A stretch of 64,000 nt of DNA from Eledone cirrhosa (Eukaryota), in the NCBI GenBank assembly GCA_964016885.1, contig OZ024742.1:294438001-294502000 (forward strand), in the 5' to 3' direction. The first letter of the stretch is position 1. The number at the start of each line of letters is the position of its first letter. The notes under the pieces are model-generated. The model was given only the letters and a program-made list of their open reading frames with translations, ran no database searches and was not told where the DNA came from. Positions 1 to 14,722 of this stretch are shown piece by piece. The translations under genes and the position numbers were made by a program.

Positions 1-712
<712 letters not shown>

Positions 713-920
713 TATTAAGATAAGCAGAACAAGCAAAATTCAACCAATTTTTAAAAATAAATTAAAAAATATAATTTAAATATTTACCCATTCTTTTGGC
801 CCTTACCGATCGGTTTCGCTTTGTAAAACACCAGAAATACAGGAAAGGAAAATGCTTCTCTGATGAGCTTTGATTTTCCATTGGAAATCCATTGGATTTC
901 TGGTGTTTTACAAAGCGAAA
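713..920. mobile_element. Fold-back PLE pseudo-LTR fragment with a split hammerhead ribozyme
   Basis: 25-bp inverted repeat 814-838/896-920. + strand: ctgatga(860-866) gctttg...caaagc gaaa(917-920), truncated there. - strand arm: caaagc GAAA ccgatcgg TA aggg (HHR 3' half with palindromic stem III). Confidence 0.75.
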
Positions 921-1811
921 TATATATCTTTTTATGATGTATTGTTTTTGTTTATGCCACGAAACTACGTAGTCGAGGAATCTAGGAGCAGTTTAGGTAT
1001 GATACATTTTATTACTAATTATATCTAAATGTTTCTTCTCTCTTCATAATGTAATTTTAACTCTGATACTGGTTCAGTCTAGTTCAACCGGATTGGTCTG
1101 TCCCAGTCATTCATTGAGCAACATCGGTGAGGTTGGCACCCTTAACTCACGGTTGGGTGTGGATGCATTCATGTATATGTGTGTGTCCGCATGTATCTGT
1201 GTGTTTCTAAATATATTGTTAATAACTCCCTCTGGTTGAGTAATCTTTGAAGTGTGGTGACTGCTGGAAAGCTGCCATTACTCATACTTCTCGCCTCCTT
1301 CACCACCTCTTCTACGGCTTCGATGTGAATACCCCCTCCGCCTCTGTGGTATTTTATTCGGGGTTATAAGAGGCTTAGCTCTGTTTCTCGACCGTTATAT
1401 CGCGTGACTATCTCCCCCTCCGCCTTTTGGGATTCTTTCTCACGCCGTGTAGACGCGTTCTTGAGACTAGTAAAATGAGGTATCCTCTTGATAAGTCGGC
1501 AGACCTCACAGGGACTCTATATATTTTTATGATGTATTGTTTTTGTTTATGCCACGAAACTACGTAGTCGAGGAATCTAGGAGCAGTTTAGGTATGATAC
1601 ATTATATTACTAATTATATCTAAATGTTTCTTCTCTCTTCATAATGTAATTTTAACTCTGATACTGGTTCAGTCTAGTTCAACCGGATTGGTCTGTCCCA
1701 GTCATTCATTGAGCAACATCGGTGAGGTTGGCACCCTTAACTCACGGTTGGGTGTGGATGCATTCATGTATATGTGTGTGTCCGCATGTATCTGTGTGTT
1801 TCTAAATATAT

Positions 1812-1812
<1 letters not shown>
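921..1812 (+). mobile_element. Partial-tandem pLTR / retrozyme-like unit (about 595-bp period)
   Basis: About 921-1217 is repeated almost exactly at about 1519-1812. Both copies contain gaaa-ctacgtag-tc-gagga; no coding capacity. Confidence 0.7.
1483..1574 (+). ncRNA. Type I hammerhead ribozyme, U3:A8 core variant
   Basis: Stem I tcctc(1483-87)/gagga(1570-74); core TTGATAA(1488-94); stem II gtcggcagac...gtttatgccac; GAAA(1556-59); palindromic stem III ctacgtag; GUC triplet. Confidence 0.75.
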
Positions 1813-1844
<32 letters not shown>

Positions 1845-1853
1845 GTATATATG

Positions 1854-1888
<35 letters not shown>

Positions 1889-2019
1889 GTATATACATAT
1901 ATATATATATGTATATGTATATATATGTATATATATGTATATATATGTATATATATATGTATATATATGTATGTATATGTATATGTATATATGTATATAT
2001 ATATGTATATATGTATATG

Positions 2020-2094
<75 letters not shown>

Positions 2095-2139
2095 GTATAT
2101 ATATATATATGTGTATATATATATATATGTATATGAATA

Positions 2140-2318
2140 AATAGGAACCAGTAAGACCCCGACGGCTGAGCTCAAGCCGTTTCGACGGCTAATTAGCCGT
2201 CGAAACGGCTTTAGCTCAGCCGTCGGGGTCTTACTGGTTCTTATTACCCACTCTACTACCCTAAGTATTGAGTACTTTGGTGCGTTATGGTCCACCTGGT
2301 TCCTTACCACATTTCCTC

Positions 2319-2322
<4 letters not shown>
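2140..2322. mobile_element. Palindromic (fold-back) pLTR fragment with HHR 3' halves and a single-copy tail
   Basis: Near-perfect palindrome 2140-2245 centred at 2192/2193. Each arm reads stem II - GAAA cggct..agccg TC gggg. Tail 2246-2322. Confidence 0.75.
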
Positions 2323-2406
<84 letters not shown>

Positions 2407-2459
2407 GTATATATATATATGTATGTATATATATATATGTGTATATATATATATATGTG

Positions 2460-2492
<33 letters not shown>

Positions 2493-2674
2493 GTATATAT
2501 ATATGTATATATATATGTATATATATGTATATATGTATATATATATATATATGTATATATATGTATATATGTATATATATATATATGTATATATATGTAT
2601 ATATATGTATATTTATGTATATGTATATATATGTATATATATGTATATATGTATGTATATATGTATATATGTAT

Positions 2675-4138
2675 AAGTTCCTTGCTTTAGTTAGGTCTTT
2701 CCATGACGACATGAAGGCTTGGGTTAATGTCGGAGGTAACATGTCGGAGCCTATCTCAGTAAAAAATGGAGTGAAACAGGGGGATATTCCAGCACCGACC
2801 CTGTTTGCCATATACTTTGCAATGGTTTTCTGTATTGCATTCAGGAATTGCGAGCATGGTGTTTACATCCGATATCGAACCTCAGGCAGCATATTTAACA
2901 TCAGGCGCTTTGCTGCGAAGACAAAAGTATTTACATCAGTCATAAGAGACCTCTTGTATGCAGATGATTGCGATCTTGTAGCGCACACAGAGAGTGATAT
3001 GCAGCACATTTTGAATGTATTTTCTGACGCTTGCACTGCCCTGGGTTTGACTGTCAGTCTCAAGAAAACCGTCGTCATGTACCAACCTGCACCTGGTAGG
3101 CAGTACACTGAACCAAACATCTATGTGTATGGCAAACGACTTGGAGTGGTTGATCAGTTTGTCTACCTGGGAAGCACTGTCAATCGATACGGCAACCTTG
3201 ACAGTGAAATCTCACTTAGGATTAGGAAAGCAAGTGATGCTTTCGGAAAGCTAGAAAGGCGACTCTGGGGTCGGCGAGACATATGCAGGAGGACAAAGGT
3301 AAAGGTGTACAGGGCATGTGTACTCTCTTGTCTTCTTTATGCCTGCGAGACCTGGGTCACATATCGACGCCACCTTAAGCAATTGGAGCGTTTCCATCAG
3401 ATGTGTCTCAGACGGATACATGGCGTTCACTGGAGGGACCACATCAGTGATGTCGAGATTTTGGAAAGCTCTATGTGTGACAGTATAGAAGCTCTTGTGC
3501 TTAAGCAGCGACTCCGTTGGAGTGGTCACCTTGCCAGGATGAAGGATTCTAGAATACCAAAACAACTCTTCTATGGAGAGTTGGTTAAAGGAAAACGACC
3601 GCCACATAAACCAAAAAAGAGGTATAAGGATTCCTTGAAGGCCTCTCTGAAAGACGCTAACATCTCTGCTGATACATGGGAAAATATTGCTGCTGATCGT
3701 AGTAAATGGAGAAAGACTGTATATGAGGGAAAAGTTGCCTTTGAGGCATCTCGAATCGCACACGAGAAAGTAAGGCGGGACGTGAGGAAGGGTATTGCTG
3801 TTGCACTTCCAGACGGCGAGGGTCCTCCTATGTTTCTGACATGCAGCGTCTGTGCGAGACTCTGCCTAAGCAAAGCTGGACTCGAAAGTCATCTTCGCAG
3901 TCATAAAGTAAGACCAGTGGTTGACTACCAGGCTGCTGTTGGAGATGCTACTCATCATGCTTGCCAAACATGTGGTAGAGAATGTAAATCAGCAGGAGGA
4001 CTCAAGCGACATGCAAAAGTACACGAACTCCAACCACAGCCGACTATTCCCAGTAAATGTTTTGGTTGCCGACTCTGTGCAAGACATTTTAGATCATTGG
4101 CTGGGCTAAAAAGCCACATTCGATCGCAGCACTGTTAG
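2675..4138 (+). CDS. RTE reverse transcriptase C-terminal half plus three C2H2 zinc fingers (partial ORF)
   Basis: About 487 uninterrupted codons; YADD catalytic motif; fingers CSVC..HLRSH, CQTC..HAKVH, CRLC..HIRSQH. The ORF-track start at 2405 lies in microsatellite. Confidence 0.88.
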   Translation, partial: KFLALVRSFHDDMKAWVNVGGNMSEPISVKNGVKQGDIPAPTLFAIYFAMVFCIAFRNCEHGVYIRYRTSGSIFNIRRFAAKTKVFTSVIRDLLYADDCDLVAHTESDMQHILNVFSDACTALGLTVSLKKTVVMYQPAPGRQYTEPNIYVYGKRLGVVDQFVYLGSTVNRYGNLDSEISLRIRKASDAFGKLERRLWGRRDICRRTKVKVYRACVLSCLLYACETWVTYRRHLKQLERFHQMCLRRIHGVHWRDHISDVEILESSMCDSIEALVLKQRLRWSGHLARMKDSRIPKQLFYGELVKGKRPPHKPKKRYKDSLKASLKDANISADTWENIAADRSKWRKTVYEGKVAFEASRIAHEKVRRDVRKGIAVALPDGEGPPMFLTCSVCARLCLSKAGLESHLRSHKVRPVVDYQAAVGDATHHACQTCGRECKSAGGLKRHAKVHELQPQPTIPSKCFGCRLCARHFRSLAGLKSHIRSQHC

Positions 4139-4146
4139 TTGCTATC

Positions 4147-4190
<44 letters not shown>

Positions 4191-4269
4191 GCTTATGTGC
4201 GTGCGTGTGTGTGTATATATATATGAATATGTATATTATTATTGTTGTTGTCGTTATTATTATTATTGC

Positions 4270-4312
<43 letters not shown>

Positions 4313-4434
4313 GTTATTAATGTATGTGTGTATATATGTGTGAGTGTATGTGTATGTATGTGTGTGTGTATATATGTATGTATGTGTATGTATGTGTGTG
4401 TGTATATATATGTGTATATATATATATGTGTATA

Positions 4435-4467
<33 letters not shown>

Positions 4468-4473
4468 CTTTTC

Positions 4474-4550
<77 letters not shown>

Positions 4551-4616
4551 TTATTTATTTTTTTTTTTTTATTGTGCAATGGCCATACTCGATAACGAGG
4601 GGGCAGCCATCATCAT
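2675..4616 (+). mobile_element. 5'-truncated RTE-clade LINE
   Basis: RT motifs [41 protein letters not shown]. The 3' UTR is split by microsatellites at 4147-4571 and ends ...cgataacgagggggcagccatcatc. Confidence 0.92.
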
Positions 4617-4842
4617 ATATGTATGTATATATGTATATATATGTGTATATATGTATGTATATATGTATATATGTATGTATATATTTATGTATATATGTAT
4701 ATATATGTATATATGTATATATATATGTATATGTATATATATGTATATATGTATATATGTGTATATATATATATATGTGTATATATATATATATATGTGT
4801 ATATATATATATATATATATGTGTATATGTGTGTATATGGAA

Positions 4843-4878
<36 letters not shown>

Positions 4879-5491
4879 GTATATGTGTATATATATGTAT
4901 ATATATGTATGTATATATGTATATGTATATATGTATATGTATGTTTGTATATGTATGTGTATGTATATATATGTATGTGTATGTATGTATATGTATGTGT
5001 ATGTATGTATATATATATATATGTATATATATGTATATATATATATGTATATATATGTATATATATATATGTATATATATATATGTATATATATGTATAT
5101 ATATGTGTATATATATGTGTATATAAATGTATATATATATATGTATATATATATATGTATATATATGTATATATATGTGTATATATATGTGTATATATGT
5201 GTATGTATGTGTATATATATGTGTATATATCTGTATGTATGTGTATATATACGTATGTATATGTATATATGTATATGTATATATGTATATGTATATGTAT
5301 ATATATATGTATATATATATGTATGTATGTATATGTATGTATGTATATGTATGTATGTATATGTATATGTATATGTATGTATGTATATGTATATGTGTGT
5401 ATGTATGTATGTGTATGTATGTATGTATGTATATATATGTATGTGTATGTATGCATGTATATATATGTATATGTATATATATATATGTATA

Positions 5492-5719
5492 TCTATCTAA
5501 GGCGGGTAAAATTCCCGAGATCCATGGACGAGTTCTCTCCAGCGGTCTCTGTCCCTCATTATCGCTGCCATGTCCTGCGTCTCCAACAGACCAGTGTCTG
5601 TGCTTAGGGCATCAACTTACGTTAACCTTGGTCTTCCACTTCTAGTGTATCCATGTAGGGGCTCCCAAAGGAGCACCGAGTGCAATGTCAACTCTGGATG
5701 TCGTGCCACAGCTTGAGAT
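5492..5719 (-). mobile_element. 3' fragment of an RTE LINE (same family as 37145-37864) with a short 5' inversion
   Basis: 5492-5703 is the reverse complement of about 37651-37864; 5702-5719 matches about 37367-37384 in direct orientation. Confidence 0.85.
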
Positions 5720-5739
5720 ATATGTATATGTATATATAT

Positions 5740-5789
<50 letters not shown>

Positions 5790-5862
5790 GTATGTATATG
5801 TATGTATATATGTATATATGTATATGTATATATATGTATATATATATGTATATATGTATATG

Positions 5863-5899
<37 letters not shown>

Positions 5900-5974
5900 G
5901 TATATATGTATATGTATATATATGTATATGTATATATATGTATGTATATATATATGTATATATATATATGTATA

Positions 5975-6085
5975 TCATCATCATCATCATCATCGTCGTT
6001 TAACGTCCATGTTCCACGCTTGCATGGGTTTGGACGGGAGTTTTCCCACTTGAGGCAAGAGATGTTGTCTTGCTCGCATAGGACT
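5975..6085 (-). mobile_element. RTE-family 3' end with (ATG)n tail
   Basis: Closely similar to 62641-62752, the 3' end of the RTE copy at 62641-63645. Confidence 0.8.
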
Positions 6086-6094
6086 ATATATATG

Positions 6095-6181
<87 letters not shown>

Positions 6182-6282
6182 GTATATATATGTATATATA
6201 TATATATATGTATATATATGTATATATATATGTATATGTGTATACATATATATATGTATATATATGTATATGTATATATATG

Positions 6283-6337
<55 letters not shown>

Positions 6338-6372
6338 GTGTATATATATATATATGTATATATATGTGTATA

Positions 6373-6415
<43 letters not shown>

Positions 6416-6532
6416 GTATATGTGTATATATGTATATATATGTATATATGTATATGTATATGTATATATATGTATATATATGTATATATATATATATGTA
6501 TATATATGTATATATATATATGTATATATATG

Positions 6533-6564
<32 letters not shown>

Positions 6565-6579
6565 TATATGTATAATGTA

Positions 6580-7447
6580 TAAAAATCAATACAATATAAG
6601 TACCTCATTACCAGAGGTTTCCCGAATGAGGCGAATACGAAAGAAACGTCTTCATTCGTTCGTCAGACTAGGCAATATAAAACATGGCTAAATACTTGGA
6701 AAGTCTCATCAAGAGAAGCAAAAAAAATTATATAAATATCGACAAAGGAATTACAATAGCCATATGAAATATATAAAAATCTTTCAAGAAATATAGTTAG
6801 GTGTGTGTATATGTATGTATATACGCTCACAGATGTACATATGTGTGTATGTACAAATGTGTACCTATAGTGAAAAAGTGTGCGTAAATATATGTGTTAG
6901 GGCAAGTGTTTCTGTGTATCTGTAACTACAGACAGACATGATATGGTTTTCTGTTTGGCAGGTACACAGAGAAATAGGCTATTAGATACATTATGAGAAT
7001 ATGAAGGTACGCGTATAAACACACCCACACGCGCGTACACTTATATGCGGAAGTAAAAGAGGTAAAGGAGTGTAATAATTAAAAGAAAGTATCATTCTCG
7101 ATATATTTACAAAAATGGAACAATAATTTAGAAAGAAAAAATTAAAGAAACGAAGACAAACAAGGTACACGCGTACACACACACATATCTATAAGAAATA
7201 TATATATATACACGCAAAAAACGTGCAGACAAAAGTGTATGCAGGCACATCTACACACACAGGATGCACATATATGCGCATATACGCCTCGCCCCATGTA
7301 TATCTAATCACACGTACGCACGCGACTGTATAAACACTCGCACACACACACAAATATACATGCTTATATACATACACACACTTACACATCCATACATTCG
7401 GTACGTACACACACACACATACATACACTCACGCATATTGACATAGA
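6580..7447 (-). mobile_element. Solo PLE 3' region / pLTR
   Basis: GT-rich non-coding stretch ending, on the - strand, in a hammerhead; flanked by TA arrays. Confidence 0.6.
6602..6673 (-). ncRNA. Type I hammerhead ribozyme
   Basis: - strand: gcctagt CTGACGA acgaatga...tcattcgg GAAA cc-tct-gg TA atgaggt; GUA triplet; one mismatch in stem I. Confidence 0.8.
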
Positions 7448-7567
7448 TATATATATGTATATATATATATATATATGTATATATATGTATATATATATAT
7501 ATATATATGCATATATATGTATATATATATATGTATATATATGTATACATATATATATATATGTATA

Positions 7568-7662
<95 letters not shown>

Positions 7663-8155
7663 GTATATATATGGATATATGTATATATATGGATATATAT
7701 GTATATATGTATATATGTATATATGTATATATGTATATATGTATATGTATGTATATATGTATATGTGTATATGTATATATATATATGTATATATGTATAT
7801 ATATATGTATATATATGTATATATATGTATATATGTATATGTATATATGTATATATATATATGTATATATGTATATATATATATGTATATATGTATATAT
7901 GTATATGTATATATGTATATGTATATATGTATATGTATATATGTATATATATATGTATATATATATATCTATGTATATATGTATATATATATGTATATAT
8001 ATATATCTATATATATATGTATATATATATGTATATATATATATGTATATATATATATGTGTATGTATATATGTATATATATATGCATATATATATATGT
8101 GTATGTATATATATATATATGTCTATGTATATATATGTATATATATGTATGTATA

Positions 8156-8202
<47 letters not shown>

Positions 8203-8227
8203 GTATATATATGTATATATATATATG

Positions 8228-8261
<34 letters not shown>

Positions 8262-8302
8262 TATAGAAAGATTTGAATGGATACAGTTTAGTTGAAAGGA
8301 AT

Positions 8303-8419
8303 TTATTGACACGTGTTTCTATAACAGTTACATAACCTAAAACAGCTATCTACAAACTTTTAGTTATGCAGACATTCAATATTTCAATGTTATTATTTAC
8401 TGTCATTTCATCAGAATAA
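8303..8419 (-). ncRNA. Type I hammerhead ribozyme (inverted copy)
   Basis: Reverse complement of 8964-9080. Confidence 0.88.
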
Positions 8420-8963
8420 TATTACTGAGGACCTATTTAGTTTTTATAGAGAATATTAGGAGGGAGGGGTGAAGTTGTTAGAAGAATAGTTGAAGGAGTG
8501 GTTTTTCGATAGCAGTGAGAATTCTTGGTGGCAGTGAGTAATTAGATTCCCATCTGTTGTTTTGACATTTTTTATAGAATATATTATTGGTTATTTTTCT
8601 AAATCTATAGAAGGATTAGAGATAGTAAAGATATGTGTGGTTGGTTTTGTGTTTGCACTTAACATTCAGACTTAAATTTTTAAAAAAAAAAAAAAAAAAA
8701 GAAAAATTTAAGTCTGAATGTTAAGTGCAAACACAAAACCAACCACACATATCTTTACTATCTCTAATCCTTCTATAGATTTAGAAAAATAACCAATAAT
8801 ATATTCTATAAAAAATGTCAAAACAACAGATGGGAATCTAATTACTCACTGCCACCAAGAATTCTCACTGCTATCGAAAAACCACTCCTTCAACTATTCT
8901 TCTAACAACTTCACCCCTCCCTCCTAATATTCTCTATAAAAACTAAATAGGTCCTCAGTAATA

Positions 8964-9080
8964 TTATTCTGATGAAATGACAGTAAATAATAACATTGAA
9001 ATATTGAATGTCTGCATAACTAAAAGTTTGTAGATAGCTGTTTTAGGTTATGTAACTGTTATAGAAACACGTGTCAATAA
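8964..9080 (+). ncRNA. Type I hammerhead ribozyme, canonical core, long stem II
   Basis: ttatt CTGATGA(8969-75) aatgacagt...actgttata GAAA(9064-67) cacgtg TC aataa; GUC triplet; palindromic stem III. Confidence 0.9.
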
Positions 9081-9294
9081 ATTCCTTTCAACTAAACTGT
9101 ATCCATTCAAATCTTTCTATTTTTCTCCGGATTACTTTTGGAACTACAACTGGAACCGTCGAGCAAACTCTACGTGAGCTGATAATCTACTGTGTGTAAT
9201 ATTTATATTACAACACAACGGAAAATACTGTATATATATATATATATGTATATATGGATATGTATATATGTATATATATATATGTATATATATG

Positions 9295-9557
9295 TAGGAG
9301 GTGAGTTTTATTGTAGTACAATAAAGCAATGCAGATATCGGATAAGAAGCACTCTACAGTTTGTAGGACTGGAGTATGCATAATATAAGATCAAAAGATG
9401 GTTAAAGGAGTTCCATATATTTTATTATGCGCATTTCAAAAACAAACATCATCATGCAATAATATTTGTGTTTTCATCAGATAAAACAGGAGAACATGAT
9501 ATGAAGGCTAAAAAACACTTGTGGATAGTGCAGTTTTAAATCAACATATGTTGATAT
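9295..9557 (-). mobile_element. Inverted pLTR of the PLE family at 15072-17480
   Basis: About 9380-9550 is the reverse complement of about 17310-17480; extra tail 9295-9380. Confidence 0.85.
9420..9486 (-). ncRNA. Type I hammerhead ribozyme
   Basis: Reverse complement of 17374-17440. Confidence 0.88.
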
Positions 9558-9888
9558 GTTGATATGTATATATATATATGTATATATATATATGTATATG
9601 TATATATGTATATATATATATATGTATATATATGTATATATATATGTATATATATATGTATATATATATATATGTGTATATATGTATATATATATGTATA
9701 TATATGTATATATATATGTATATATATATGTATATATATATATATGTGTATATATGTATATATATATGTGTATATATATATATATGTATATATATATGTG
9801 TATATATGTATATATATATGTGTATATATGTATGTATATATATATATATGTACATATATATATGTATATATATGTATGTATATATATG

Positions 9889-9941
<53 letters not shown>

Positions 9942-10444
9942 GTATATATATGTATGTATATATATGTATATATATGTATATATATGTATATATATGTATA
10001 TGTATATATATGTATATATATGTATATGTATATATGTATATGTATATATATGTATATATATGTATATATATATATATGTATATATATATGTCTATATATG
10101 TATCTATATATATGTATGTATATATATGTATATATATATATGGATATATATATATGTATGTATATATATATATGTATATGTATGTATATATATATATGTA
10201 TATGTATATATGTATATGTATGTATATATATATATGTATATATATATATATGTATATATGTATATGTATGTATATATATATATGTATATGTATGTATATA
10301 TATATATGTATATGTATGTATATATATATATGTATATGTATGTATATATATATATGTATATATATGTATATATATATATGTATATATATGTATGTATATA
10401 TATATGTATATATATATATGTATATATATGTATGTATATATATG

Positions 10445-10483
<39 letters not shown>

Positions 10484-10951
10484 GTATATATATGTATATA
10501 TATGTATATATATGTATATGTATATATATGTATATATATGTATATGTATATATGTATAAGTATATATATGTATATATATGTCTATATATATATATATATG
10601 TATATATATGTATGTATATATGTGTATATATATATATGGATATATATGTATGTATATATATATATGTATATGTATGTATATATATATATATATATGTATA
10701 TGTATGTATATATATATATGTATATGTATATATGTATATGTATATATATATATGTATATGTGTATATGTATGTATATATATATATATGTATATATATATG
10801 TATATATGTATATGTATGTATATATATATATGTATATATATATGTATATGTATGTATATATATATATGTATATGTATGTATATATATATGTATATGTATG
10901 TATATATATATATGTATATGTATGTATATATATATATGTATATGTATATAT

Positions 10952-11001
<50 letters not shown>

Positions 11002-11086
11002 GTATATGTATATATGTATATGTATATATATATATGTATATGTGTATATGTATGTATATATATATGTATATATATATATGTATATA

Positions 11087-11283
11087 TTCTCTTTTATTCT
11101 CTTTTACCTGTTTCAGCCATCCGGCTGAGGCCATGCTGGGGCACCGCCCATGTTGCTACACATTTTATCTCCAGCCTGTATAGGTTGGCCACTGGTGTAG
11201 GAGGGAGTTTGTTGCTGCTGCCCTTAGGTTTCCCTCGTGTCTTGCTGTGGGCTCATCCGGGATCCTGGATAACAAGGTGTCGA
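11087..11283 (-). mobile_element. 3' end of a CR1/L2-type LINE
   Basis: - strand translates [20 protein letters not shown], resembling the ORF2 end [15 protein letters not shown] at 20110; tail (taaaagagaa)x2. Confidence 0.7.
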
Positions 11284-11309
11284 TATGTATATATATATAT
11301 ATATATGTG

Positions 11310-11357
<48 letters not shown>

Positions 11358-11555
11358 TATATATATGTATATATATATGTATGTATATATATATGTATAT
11401 ATATATAGGTATATATATATGTATATATATATATATATGTATATATATATACATGTATATATATATATTTGTATATATATGTATATATATGTATATGTAT
11501 ATATATATATGTATATATATGTATGTATATGTATATATATATATGTATATATATG

Positions 11556-11596
<41 letters not shown>

Positions 11597-11829
11597 GTAT
11601 ATATATATATGTGTATGTTTATATGTATATGTATGTATATATATGTATATATATATGTGTATGTATATATGTATATGTATGTATATATATGTATATATAT
11701 ATATGTGTATGTATATATGTATATGTATGTATATATATGTATATATATATGTATGTATATATATATATGTATGTATATATATATGTATATATATGTATAT
11801 ATATATATGTATATATGTATATGTATGTA

Positions 11830-11860
<31 letters not shown>

Positions 11861-11935
11861 ATGTACGTATATATATATATGTATATATATATATGTATAT
11901 GTATGTATATATATGTATATATATATGTATATATG

Positions 11936-11986
<51 letters not shown>

Positions 11987-12139
11987 GTATTTATATACAT
12001 GTATGTATATATATGTATATATATGTATATATATATATGTATATATATGTATATATATGTATATGTATATATATGTATATGTATATATATGTATATATAT
12101 ATATGTATATATATGTATATATATATATGTATATATATG

Positions 12140-12170
<31 letters not shown>

Positions 12171-12183
12171 GTATATATATATG

Positions 12184-12221
<38 letters not shown>

Positions 12222-12501
12222 TATGTATATATATGTATGTATATATATATGTATATATATGTATGTATATATATGTATATATATATATGTATATATATAT
12301 ATGTATATATATGTATGTATATATATGTATATATATATGTATATGTATGTATATATATGTATATATATATATATATGTATATATATGTATATATATATAT
12401 GTGTATATATATGTATATGTATATGTATATATATATGTATATATATGTATATGTATATATATATGTATATATATATGTATATATATGTATGTATATATAT
12501 G

Positions 12502-12538
<37 letters not shown>

Positions 12539-12645
12539 GTATATATATGTATATGTATAAATGTATATATATGTATATGTATATATATGTATATATATGT
12601 ATATGTATTGATATGTATATGTATATATGTATATAAATATATATG

Positions 12646-12713
<68 letters not shown>

Positions 12714-13271
12714 TGTATTTATATATATATGTATATATATATACATGTATATATATATTTGTATATATATGTATATATATGTATATGTATATATATATAT
12801 GTATGTATATGTATATATATATGTATATATATGTATGTATATATATATATATGTATATGTATATATATGTATATATATATATGTGTATGTTTATATGTAT
12901 ATGTATGTATATATATGTATATATATATGTATGTATATATATATATGTATGTATATATATATGTATATGTATGTATATATATATGTATATGTATGTATAT
13001 ATATATATGTATATGTATATATGTATATATATGTATATGTATATATGTATATGTATGTATATATATATATGTATATATATATGTATATGTATGTATATAT
13101 ATATATATGTATATATGTATATGTACGTATATATATATATGTATATATATATATGTATATGTATGTATATATATGTATATATATATATATGTATATATAT
13201 ATGTATATATGTATATATATGTATATATATGTATATATATATGTATATATGTATATATATGTATATATATG

Positions 13272-13302
<31 letters not shown>

Positions 13303-13549
13303 GTATCTATATATATGTATTTATATACATGTATGTATATATATGTATATATATGTATATATATATATATGTATATATATGTATATATATGTATATGTAT
13401 ATATATGTATATATATATATATATGTATATGTATATATATGTATATATATATATGTATATATATGTATATATATATATATGTATATGTATATATATGTAT
13501 ATATATATATGTATATATATGTATATATATATATATATGTATACATATG

Positions 13550-13586
<37 letters not shown>

Positions 13587-13686
13587 GTATATATATATAT
13601 GTATATGTATGTATATATATGTATATATATATATGTATATATATGTATATATATATATGTGTATATATGTATGTATATATATGTAT

Positions 13687-13774
<88 letters not shown>

Positions 13775-13777
13775 ATG

Positions 13778-13808
<31 letters not shown>

Positions 13809-13829
13809 TTATATATGTATATATATATG

Positions 13830-13864
<35 letters not shown>

Positions 13865-13937
13865 GTATATATATATATGTATATATATATATATGTATAT
13901 ATATATATACATGTATATATATATTTGTATATATATA

Positions 13938-14110
13938 TAATCCCGGACAAACCACCCACACCCGGATATGTCTCCGCAAACAGTAATTCTCTTCTCGAAT
14001 GGGCCATGGTGCCCAAATCCTGAATTGAAAGACTTCGTCAGGTGGTGCTATTAAGTTAGACATGGCCTGGGCCAATACTGGCCAAAACATTTCAAAGTTA
14101 TTCAAAGTTA
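13938..14110 (+). mobile_element. 3' fragment of the LINE at 20023-24946
   Basis: Reverse complement of about 20023-20195 with few mismatches; tail (ttcaaagtta)x2. Confidence 0.93.
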
Positions 14111-14220
14111 TATATGTATATGTATATATGTATATGTATGTATATATATATATGTATGTATATATATATATGTATATATATATGTATATATGTATATATA
14201 TATGTATATATGTATATGTA

Positions 14221-14253
<33 letters not shown>

Positions 14254-14452
14254 ATGTACGTATATATGTATATGTATATATATGTATGTATGTATATATA
14301 TGTATGCATATATATGTATATATATATATATGTATATATCTATGTATATATGTATATATATATGTATATATATGTATATATATATATATATGTATATATA
14401 TATGTATATATGTATATATATATGTATATATATGTATATATATGTATGAATG

Positions 14453-14489
<37 letters not shown>

Positions 14490-14684
14490 GTATTTATATA
14501 CATGTATGTATATATATGCATATATATATATATGTATATATATGTATATATATGTATATGTATATATATGTATATATATGTATATGTATATATATGTATA
14601 TATATATATGTATATATATGTATATATATATATGTATATATATGTATATATATATATATGTATATATATGTATATATATGAATG

Positions 14685-14722
<38 letters not shown>

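Larger units (their letters stand above)
4147..8262. repeat. Microsatellite field (GT, ATT, polyT, TATATG) with small insertions
   Basis: Blocks at about 4147-4571, 4617-5490, 5718-5975, 6085-6580 and 7448-8262. Confidence 0.95.
8263..9230. mobile_element. Head-to-head inverted PLE pLTR pair (about 418-bp arms) plus tail
   Basis: Arms 8263-8680 and 8702-9120 are reverse complements around an A-tract; single-copy extension 9121-9230. Confidence 0.85.
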
